Positions 17,996-25,574 of a stretch of DNA of 37,687 bases are shown here, one piece after another (position 1 is the first letter of the stretch; the number at the start of each line of letters is the position of its first letter). The stretch lies in assembly GCA_041746255.1 (NCBI GenBank), contig JBGTHM010000130.1, positions 1-37,687 on the forward strand, in the 5' to 3' direction. A program made the translations under genes and the position numbers. The notes beneath the pieces are model-generated. The model was given only the letters and a program-made list of their open reading frames with translations, was not told where the DNA came from and made no database searches. Source of the stretch: Fibrobacteria bacterium. Lineage in GTDB: Bacteria > Fibrobacterota > Fibrobacteria > UBA11236.

Positions 17996-18622
17996 TCAGG
18001 CCGCTCGTAAATGAGCCGGTAGATGAAAAAGAAATTTGACTCCGGCCACGTCCAATTCATCGCCGTCTTTCAGTTTGGCGGAATGAATGTCCTCTCCGTT
18101 CAATTGCAGGCGCGAAAACCGCTTCACCAGCAAATTGACGACCCAGAGATTTCCTTTCCTATCTATGCTGGCGAATCGTTTTCCCACCATCAATCCCGGC
18201 ACCAGAACGTCGTCCTGGCTGCTATTGCCGAAATAAATCACGTCTTTGTTTAGTTTATGCTTGCGCCCCGATTCCAACTCGATGATTTCCGGTCCGGTGC
18301 CTGCGCTTTGCGCTTTTTTTTCCGGGAGGGAGTCGGCCATGTATTCCAGCCTGTTCTCGCCCATGGCAATCACGTCTCCGGGCCTCAGCAGGCATTTCTC
18401 GATTCGGCGCTTGTTGACGAAAGTGCCGTTCAGGCTTTTCATGTCCTGGAGAATGAAAACCCGGCCGGAAATGTCGCCCAGGATAAAGGCATGTTGGCGT
18501 GAGATACCGAGGTTGTCCAAGCGGATATCCTGTCCCGGCAGCCGGCCAATGACCTGTATGCCCGGGCGCAAAGGTTTCTCAGCGACGGGATCTCCTTGAT
18601 GATGAATGACTATTTTAGGCAT
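17996..18622 (-). CDS. Tandem FHA-domain protein
   Basis: FHA1 is IGR...ISRQHA...DMKSLNGTFVN...LRPGDVI. FHA2 is degenerate: YFGN...DDVLV...LNGEDI...LKDGDEL. Confidence 0.9.
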   Translation of the reverse strand: MPKIVIHHQGDPVAEKPLRPGIQVIGRLPGQDIRLDNLGISRQHAFILGDISGRVFILQDMKSLNGTFVNKRRIEKCLLRPGDVIAMGENRLEYMADSLPEKKAQSAGTGPEIIELESGRKHKLNKDVIYFGNSSQDDVLVPGLMVGKRFASIDRKGNLWVVNLLVKRFSRLQLNGEDIHSAKLKDGDELDVAGVKFLFHLPAHLRAA

Positions 18623-18743
18623 AAGCGGTTTCGAAAGGGTTACCGGATAATAGCATCGTCCCCGTCCCTTGACAATGGTAATGTGAATCGGGATTTGGCC
18701 ATTGAGAGCGTGCCTCCCAATTGGCTATACTTTGAAGTTGGAA

Positions 18744-19562
18744 ATGAAAAATTCGCATTCATGGATGGCAGCCGGGGTGGCATCGTTGGTCGGCTCGCTG
18801 CTATTGCCGACTATTCTCTATTTCTCCCCCGCTCGGACATCGGTTTACCAGGCATTGCATGGGGAATACCGAGCCCATCGGGAATTATTGGCGCAGCTTC
18901 GCGATTCCCTTTCCCAGGCGGATATGCAAATCCGAATGTCGGATTCGACCACGGCGGCGGCTCTGGTCGAAGGACAGGCGGGCTTATGGAAAAAATATGG
19001 GTTTGTACGGGAGGAAACGCTGCGATTGGCGCAAAGCCATGCCTCGCCTTCCCTGGGGGGACTGCAATCCTGGTTAGTCGGGTTATGGTACCTGCCCTTT
19101 ATGATGCTGGTAGTACTGCTGCCGCTTTGTTATTGGTTGCTTCGACGGGTCGAGAAACCCGAGGCCAATCCTCCCAACCCTGTCGGCCACGACCCGCTTC
19201 CCGAGGCAAAGGGCGCACAGCCCCTATCCGACGCTGCCCTATTTCCGGGTCCCGATATCATAGATCCCGGTTGGGAAGAGACCCGTTTCCTAAACCTCCC
19301 GATTATCGACAATGCCTCCGATGAAGAGCCGTCGTTGGAAATTCAAACGGCCCACCCTCCGGAGTTGGAACTCTCCATGGAGGACGAAGAGGCCATTCCC
19401 GACGCCTTTGAGGAGAATGATTTCGACAGGGCCGAAGGCCGGAAAATAGAGGTATTACGGCTGGCCCGCAAAGGCATGACGTCCTCCGCGATTTCCCGCC
19501 GGCTGCGTATGAGCCAAGATCAAGTGGAAATGATTATCCGACTGAAGCGCGATAAAGGCTGA
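18744..19562 (+). CDS. Hypothetical membrane protein with two hydrophobic segments, an acidic linker and a C-terminal HTH-like motif
   Basis: TM-like VASLVGSLLLPTILYF and LWYLPFMMLVVLLPLCYWLL. The C-terminus is EVLRLARKGMTSSAISRRLRMSQDQVEMIIRL. A possible TTGAGA-N18-TATACT promoter lies at 18702-18731. Confidence 0.7.
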   Translation: MKNSHSWMAAGVASLVGSLLLPTILYFSPARTSVYQALHGEYRAHRELLAQLRDSLSQADMQIRMSDSTTAAALVEGQAGLWKKYGFVREETLRLAQSHASPSLGGLQSWLVGLWYLPFMMLVVLLPLCYWLLRRVEKPEANPPNPVGHDPLPEAKGAQPLSDAALFPGPDIIDPGWEETRFLNLPIIDNASDEEPSLEIQTAHPPELELSMEDEEAIPDAFEENDFDRAEGRKIEVLRLARKGMTSSAISRRLRMSQDQVEMIIRLKRDKG

Positions 19563-19564
19563 AA

Positions 19565-19592
19565 TCAAGCAATGCGCTCTACCTGCCGATAA
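19565..19592 (+). promoter_or_regulatory. Sigma-28-like promoter of the FliK-like gene
   Basis: TCAA-N16-GCCGATAA. The -10 box is a perfect consensus match and the spacing equals that of both flagellin promoters. Confidence 0.75.
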
Positions 19593-19598
19593 AAGAAG

Positions 19599-21731
19599 GT
19601 GGAGACCCCATTAAAAATACTTCAATCGGCCCTCACTTCTCCCTCGGGAAACACTTCCCACAACAAGTCCGTTGCAGGGGTGGTGACAGCCGTGGAACAG
19701 GGTCGGGAAGGGCAAAAACTGACCGTCCAGACCCCGGCCGGAAGAGTTCAGGTTATGGCCGAAGGGCAATTCTCACCGGGTCAAACGGTGCGGTTGGACC
19801 CCGAAACGCTCCAGGCCTCGAATCCATCTCTGTTAGCCTACCTGTCGGGAGAGCGCACACCGGCCTTTCGGGCCGACACGCTTTCAACCCTGCGCATGGC
19901 TGTGCTTAGGGAGTTTCAGGCCAAACTGGTCGAATGGCAAGCGGGCCGACCGGAGTTGCCGCAGCGCCAACCCTTATTCGAACTTATGAAAGATATCGCC
20001 TCCCAGCCGGGGGGCCGCGATTTCATCTTGCAGCTGGCGCGACAACTCTTCGCGGAATTCGGCGGTCACTTGCCTTCGGCGCTAATGCCCGGCCCTAACG
20101 GCGCTGCGGCGGTATTACCCGATTCGCCCACCGAATTTGCGCGCCTCATTCTGCAATCGCTCTTTCGAGGCTGGGCCCCCTCTACGCCTACCACGGGACC
20201 GCATTCCGCGCCATTGTTGCATCCGCCCTTTCGCGAACCGACCGAAACCCAATTGTTACCCAAACTGGTTCAGGTTCTCACGCGCGAACCGGCTCTGCCC
20301 TTCGCTGCAAGCTCCGCTACCGCGGGAATTCAAAAGGAAATCGCCCCAGCCCCTCTATTTGCCACTCCAGCCACCCCCGCCACTTCTGTTTCTCCTGTCC
20401 CGCTGCCGGCCAACCTTGTCCCTCCCGTCCTTCCTGTCTCCCTTCCCGCCAACCCGATTTTCCCTGCGCCAACGGCCGCCGTGCCTTCGTCTCCCGCTTC
20501 ACCAATCGCGTCTTTGAATCCGATTTTAGGCGAGCCGGTATTCCGCTATACTCTGGATGCAGGCACCTGGACCGCCGAGGCTTTCTCCCGGGAATCGCGA
20601 ACACCGGGAGAAGCCGTACCCGTTCGGTTAGAGCGCGTAGACGGAACCCTGCGGGCGCATTTTCTTCCCATCACGAGCGTGCTTTCCCCCGAGGTATTGC
20701 TGGCGTTACCTCAAAAAACGGCGGCGCCCCACCCCGCTTTTTTCGCGGCCCAGGAGTTTCTCGGCGATTTCAAATCCGAAAAATTTTTCCCTCAACTGGT
20801 ACGCGATTTCGGGGAAATCTTGCGGGCCGGAGGCCGTTACGATCCTCCTGCGAATGCCGAAGCGCCGATTCGGAACCTGCCCGCCCCGCGTGAGTTGGAA
20901 GGGCTTCTCCGCTTGTTTTTGTCCTTCCCGGTAGAACCCCGGGCGGCTGCGCAACAAGGAAATATCTGGAGCGGTATGCAAAGTCCCTTAGACTCGCGGC
21001 TGACCCAATGGCTGGGGCATTTCCAGCCGGGAAGCGCCGCCGGGTCGGCCTTGCTTACGGAAGAGCTCGGTCTGAAACCTTCCACGCAGGGTGCGCCGAC
21101 CTCGGCAAGTGGTCCAAGTGGCGGATTGGCACCCGCACCGATGGAGGCGGCGGCGGAAAACGCATTGCAAAAGGCCCCACCTTGGGAAAGGCTTCCCGAG
21201 GGTTTGACCACCGCGAAATTACGGGAATGGCTTATGGAGGAGGCTTCGCTGCAACCGCGGGAAGCGGCAGCGCGAAAATTCCTGCAACAGGCCTTGTCCG
21301 TGCACTTGGCACGCGCAGGAGAATTCACCGAAGGAGAAAACCATCCCGCTCAGGTTTGGCATCAGGGTCAGTGGCAGGGATTGCGTGTATTATGGCGCCG
21401 CCAGGGAAAAAGCGGGGAAGGGGACGATGCGAACAAGGCCTTTGCATTCGCTGTGGAAACCACCATGCCGCAATTAGGTCAGGTTGAGGTGAAAGTGAAG
21501 GTGCTGCCGGAAGGCGCATCGTTGGATTTCCGCAGCGAGAATCCCGCAGCTCGAGGGCTCCTCGCGGGAGCGATTAAAGAGTTGGAGACGCGTCTGGATC
21601 ATCTCGATTTTAAAGTGAAATCATTCACTTTCACTTCCTGGCTTGTAAATGACCCAACGCGCGACAAAATTGATAAAAATGACAAGAATCTGGACAATTT
21701 GGCGTCCAGGGGCTTGGATATTCGCGCTTAA
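19599..21731 (+). CDS. fliK: Flagellar hook-length control (FliK-like) protein
   Basis: 710 aa with a long Pro/Ala-rich middle. The C-terminal Flg_hook-like segment TMPQLGQVEVKVKV...DFRSENPAARGLLAGAIKELETRL ends in GLDIRA. A sigma-28 promoter lies upstream. Confidence 0.7.
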   Translation: METPLKILQSALTSPSGNTSHNKSVAGVVTAVEQGREGQKLTVQTPAGRVQVMAEGQFSPGQTVRLDPETLQASNPSLLAYLSGERTPAFRADTLSTLRMAVLREFQAKLVEWQAGRPELPQRQPLFELMKDIASQPGGRDFILQLARQLFAEFGGHLPSALMPGPNGAAAVLPDSPTEFARLILQSLFRGWAPSTPTTGPHSAPLLHPPFREPTETQLLPKLVQVLTREPALPFAASSATAGIQKEIAPAPLFATPATPATSVSPVPLPANLVPPVLPVSLPANPIFPAPTAAVPSSPASPIASLNPILGEPVFRYTLDAGTWTAEAFSRESRTPGEAVPVRLERVDGTLRAHFLPITSVLSPEVLLALPQKTAAPHPAFFAAQEFLGDFKSEKFFPQLVRDFGEILRAGGRYDPPANAEAPIRNLPAPRELEGLLRLFLSFPVEPRAAAQQGNIWSGMQSPLDSRLTQWLGHFQPGSAAGSALLTEELGLKPSTQGAPTSASGPSGGLAPAPMEAAAENALQKAPPWERLPEGLTTAKLREWLMEEASLQPREAAARKFLQQALSVHLARAGEFTEGENHPAQVWHQGQWQGLRVLWRRQGKSGEGDDANKAFAFAVETTMPQLGQVEVKVKVLPEGASLDFRSENPAARGLLAGAIKELETRLDHLDFKVKSFTFTSWLVNDPTRDKIDKNDKNLDNLASRGLDIRA

Positions 21732-21820
21732 TCCTCTTTTTCGATTTTATTCCCCATATAATCGTTTCCATTAATACGAAAAACAGGATATCCGTTTATT
21801 CAACGGTTATCTTAGGCTTT

Positions 21821-22774
21821 ATGATGGAAAGCGCACTACTCACTTCATCCCAAGCCGCTCGTTTGCTCAGCGTACACGAATCTTCGATCAAGCGCTGGAG
21901 CGGCGAAGGACTTTTGGATTTCGATAAAACCAAGGGCGGACATCGCCGGATTCCGCTTGCATCCTTACTCGATTTCGCGCGTCGAAAGGATATGCGATCC
22001 GCACTGCTCGAATTTGGCCCGTATCAAGAGGAAGTGGGTCTTGCGGCCTTGGCCTGTCGGGAACGGAACAATTTTGAGCCCTTCGCCGCCTTGGTCTTGC
22101 GACTTTGCCGGGAAGGTCCCTCCCAATATCTGGCGCTGTTTCTCCAATACCTGCGCTTGGAAATGGAAATTTCCCTGCCTCGCCTATTCGATTCCGGTAT
22201 TGGACTGGCGCTTAAGGAAGTGGGAAGGGAATGGCAAAACGGTAAATTGAGCGTAGCCCATGAGCATCGCTACACGCAAAGGTTTTTTGACGCTCTGCAT
22301 TTTCTCAGGCTGAGTTTGCCCTTACCGTCCTTGCCTCCGGTGGGCAAGGCCTTGGTAGGGTGCGCCGAAGGTTGCCAACATGAATTCGGCGCCTTGTTCT
22401 GTCGCATGGTATTGGAGGAAATGGGGTGGGAGGTCTTCTACCTGGGACAAAACGTTCCCTTTGAAGAATTGGCTACGCTTCAGGAAGAGCAAAAGGCCGA
22501 TTTGATGTGCATTTCCTTCGTCTCCCCGTTATCGAACCATGACGCCAAGCGCTGCCTTAAAATCCTTGCGGCGCTCTATCGTACGGATGCTCCCTATGCC
22601 CTATGCCTAGGCGGTCAGGCTTTGCAGAGCCCCGCCTTGGAATTGGAGGCTGTACCGTTTCGACGCCTGAAGGTGGCCGGCAGCGTGCAAGGCTTCCGGC
22701 AATGGGTCGTATCTCTATTTCCTAACTCAAATGTGAAAGAGGCCACGGATGGGAAAATCTTGGAGGTCAAATGA
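21821..22774 (+). CDS. carH: CarH/LitR-like cobalamin-binding transcriptional regulator (MerR/HTH_17-type HTH plus B12-binding domains)
   Basis: N-terminal HTH with a GGHRR wing. W138-x9-E148-H149 motif, H187 in CQHEFG, YLGQNVP, SFV and GGQ. It sits directly upstream of crtB with an ATGA overlap. Confidence 0.85.
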   Translation: MMESALLTSSQAARLLSVHESSIKRWSGEGLLDFDKTKGGHRRIPLASLLDFARRKDMRSALLEFGPYQEEVGLAALACRERNNFEPFAALVLRLCREGPSQYLALFLQYLRLEMEISLPRLFDSGIGLALKEVGREWQNGKLSVAHEHRYTQRFFDALHFLRLSLPLPSLPPVGKALVGCAEGCQHEFGALFCRMVLEEMGWEVFYLGQNVPFEELATLQEEQKADLMCISFVSPLSNHDAKRCLKILAALYRTDAPYALCLGGQALQSPALELEAVPFRRLKVAGSVQGFRQWVVSLFPNSNVKEATDGKILEVK

Positions 22775-24336
22775 ATACGGACTGCCGCGATAACCTCCGC
22801 CCGGAATCCCGCGTTCAGCCAGGGGTAAGTCGATTACCGCGATGGTTGGCCGAGCCCCGATTGCGGGAAAAACTGGAGCGCCCTGCCGAAGCATTTGCCC
22901 GCAACAGCCTGTCCTTTCGTTTCGCGGCGCGCTTTCTTCCACGGGAGCAACTCTCCCGGGTGGCCGATGTCTATACCTTCTGCCGGTTTACCGACGACTT
23001 GGCCGACACCTATCCCGGCGGCGCCCAAATGCGAGGGGAGTGCCTGGATGATTGGGAAGAGCTTTCTTTGTCGGTATTTAACGGTCGGCCCAGCGGACTC
23101 AAATTGCTCGATCGTGTCATGGGAGACCTTCGCGCCAAGGGGATGGATTTCCGTTACCCGGCCCTGCTCTTCGAAGGGATGCGCATGGATTTGGCTCCCG
23201 TGGCCTATAAGTCACTCCCTGATCTCGACTTTTATTCCACCCGCGTGGCGGGCTCGGTGGGCATGTGGCTCACGGAATTGGTGGGGGTGAAGGACGCAAC
23301 CGTGCTGGAACATGCGGATATGCTCGGGCGGGCGTTACAACTTACCAACATTCTGCGCGACGTCGGCGAGGATTGGGATAGGGGACGGCTGTACTTGCCC
23401 GAGGACGGTCTCAGGGCATGGGACATTACTCCGGATCAGATAGGACGTTGGCGTCGCGGGCAAGAGAAACTTCCCCAACGCTATGTGCGAATGACGGAAG
23501 CCCTGCTGAACCACGCGGAGTCTCTTTACGCGCGCTCCCTTAAGGCCGTACCGGCACTGCCGAAGTTTTTCCGGCCTTCGGTGGTTTCCGCCGCGTATAT
23601 CTATCGAGGCATACATGGCGCATTACGGCGTAACGGCTGCGATAACCTGACGAAGCGCGCCCATACCGGGGTCGTGGAAAAAACCTGGTTATGCGCCAAG
23701 GCCTTCTTGCATCTTGGCAGTTTACAAATGAAGGCTCCGCCTCGGTCGCCGGTACGTTGGGGTCGGTTCCGTCGGGCCTTTCCCGCGCTGATACTCGCCT
23801 TTGCGGGCGTACTTTCCTCCGCGGGCAACGTGGAGGCCGACGTTCGCCTGGACGATATCAGGCGCGCGTATCTCGCCGCCGCCGAATCTAAACAGGCGAT
23901 TCCCCGAGTGGATTCGCTCACCCTGGAATTGGAAAAGGAAGCCTTGGCCGCGCCCGACTTAAGGGCTACGGCCCTGGCATTCGCAGGGGCGGTGGCCATG
24001 CTGGAAGCCAAATACGCGGTGTGGCCCGGTACGAAGCTTAAGGCGGTGAACAAGGCGCTGCCCATGCTGGATTCCGCCGTAGCGCTGGCGCCCGAAAATT
24101 CGGACGTGCGCTTTTTGCGCCACGCCAGCACCGAGCCTTTGCCGGGTTTTCTCAAGGACTCGGAAACCGTGAAGGCCGATGGGGAATGGCTCGCTCGCGA
24201 AATACCCGCCCGGGCTAATGACCATTCCAATTGGTGGCATGAGCGCTTGGTGCGCCATGTGATTGAACGCGGAAAGCCCACTCCGGTCCAACGCGAGGCG
24301 CTCACCAAATCGACCGTTTCATCGGGAGAAGGATAA
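22771..24336 (+). CDS. crtB: Phytoene synthase fused to a C-terminal hydrophobic segment and an unknown helical domain
   Basis: SFRFAARFL, YTFCRFTDDLAD, GMRMDL, RVAGSVG, LQLTNILRDVGED and GRLYLP in about the first 315 aa, then about 200 extra residues in frame. Confidence 0.92.
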   Translation: MNTDCRDNLRPESRVQPGVSRLPRWLAEPRLREKLERPAEAFARNSLSFRFAARFLPREQLSRVADVYTFCRFTDDLADTYPGGAQMRGECLDDWEELSLSVFNGRPSGLKLLDRVMGDLRAKGMDFRYPALLFEGMRMDLAPVAYKSLPDLDFYSTRVAGSVGMWLTELVGVKDATVLEHADMLGRALQLTNILRDVGEDWDRGRLYLPEDGLRAWDITPDQIGRWRRGQEKLPQRYVRMTEALLNHAESLYARSLKAVPALPKFFRPSVVSAAYIYRGIHGALRRNGCDNLTKRAHTGVVEKTWLCAKAFLHLGSLQMKAPPRSPVRWGRFRRAFPALILAFAGVLSSAGNVEADVRLDDIRRAYLAAAESKQAIPRVDSLTLELEKEALAAPDLRATALAFAGAVAMLEAKYAVWPGTKLKAVNKALPMLDSAVALAPENSDVRFLRHASTEPLPGFLKDSETVKADGEWLAREIPARANDHSNWWHERLVRHVIERGKPTPVQREALTKSTVSSGEG

Positions 24337-24341
24337 ACACG

Positions 24342-25574
24342 ATGAAGGCATCCAACTGGGCGGGAGAATTTTTACGCAGTATTTCCCTGGGTATGACCGG
24401 GGCCATGGCCGCGGGTACGCTGCTCAACTGGCGCACGGCGCCCCGGCTTTCGGCCGCGAGCTCGCCGCGGAGCTTTCCGCGCGTCAGCCTACTCATTCCC
24501 GCGCGTAACGAAGCGGACCATCTCGCCCGGCTGCTGCCGCAATTGGCGCGCATCGATTACCATCCCTTGGAAGTCATAATCCTGGACGATCACTCCACCG
24601 ATGGAACAGCCGAAGTGGTGCGGTCTTTTTCCGGTACGGCGAGATTGCTGACCGGCGCCCGGTTGCCCAACGGTTGGACCGGTAAAAACTGGGCCTGCAT
24701 GCAACTCGCGGAAGCCGCCACCGGGGAGATCTTGATTTTCTGCGATGCCGATGCCGGAATGAAGCCGGAGGCCGTGGCCAAGACCGTGGGAATGATGCAG
24801 GAAAAGGAACTGACGGCCTTGACCTGCCTACCCAGGCAACGCACGGAAACCTGGGCCGAAAAAGCCGTGGTGCCGACCATCCTGTATTGGCCCATTCTCT
24901 CCTTCCTTCCGTTGGCGGCTATTTCCAAACATCCTTTACCGCTGCTCTCCATCGGCGTGGGGCAGTGGTTCGCTTTCCAACGCGAAACCTATTTCGCCGT
25001 GGGTGGACATGCTGCCGTCAGACAACATGTGGCGGAAGACATGGCTTTTGGGCGGCTAATCAAACAGCGTGGTTACCGCCTGGGCGCGGCGCTGGCTCCC
25101 GATCTCCTGGAAACCCGTATGTACCGTGGCTTTCGTGAGGTCTGGGACGGGTTCGGAAAAATCCTCTTCTCGTTGACGGGGCGCGGACTTTGGCAACCGC
25201 TGGCGGTTGTTTTGGGGTTTGCCCTGATTTTCATTTTACCCTGGCTTTTGCCTTTGCTAATCGGCGCGCGCGGAAGAAAAGGCTGGTTGCTTCCCTTTTC
25301 CATTCTCGTTGGCAGCCGTCTGGCCCATGCCCGGATATTCCGGGAAGACCCCGGCTCTCCTTGGTTGGCGCCTTTGGGAACTTTATTGGTTCCGGCCATC
25401 GCCATCCGTTCCTGGTTGGGATCGCGGCGGGGGACACTTACCTGGAAAGGACGCTCGCTACCGAATCCACAAGGGAGTCCTGCAGTGAACGCCGGAAATT
25501 TTTCAGGAACATCGGATGCCTCCCACAAAATCTCCGGCACCCGCCAAACCACCTTGCCAGGAAACACACCATGA
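24342..25574 (+). CDS. Family 2 glycosyltransferase, CruC/CrtQ-like carotenoid glycosyltransferase
   Basis: VSLLIPARNEA, DDHSTDGT, GWTGKNWAC, FCDAD, AEDM and RMY, with C-terminal TM segments and WKGR. Located inside the crt operon. Confidence 0.88.
   Translation: MKASNWAGEFLRSISLGMTGAMAAGTLLNWRTAPRLSAASSPRSFPRVSLLIPARNEADHLARLLPQLARIDYHPLEVIILDDHSTDGTAEVVRSFSGTARLLTGARLPNGWTGKNWACMQLAEAATGEILIFCDADAGMKPEAVAKTVGMMQEKELTALTCLPRQRTETWAEKAVVPTILYWPILSFLPLAAISKHPLPLLSIGVGQWFAFQRETYFAVGGHAAVRQHVAEDMAFGRLIKQRGYRLGAALAPDLLETRMYRGFREVWDGFGKILFSLTGRGLWQPLAVVLGFALIFILPWLLPLLIGARGRKGWLLPFSILVGSRLAHARIFREDPGSPWLAPLGTLLVPAIAIRSWLGSRRGTLTWKGRSLPNPQGSPAVNAGNFSGTSDASHKISGTRQTTLPGNTP

Noticed and set aside
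18596..19324. 242-aa alternative-frame ORF overlapping the membrane/HTH gene
   Set aside because: Low-complexity Gly/Arg-rich translation with no motif. The other frame has a coherent TM and HTH organisation.
25190..25570. Apparent 127-aa N-terminal extension of CrtI (also the extensions on argD, argG, ispF, crtZ and the cNMP gene)
   Set aside because: They overlap upstream genes in another frame. The downstream starts give clean ATGA/GTGA or short overlaps and normal protein lengths.
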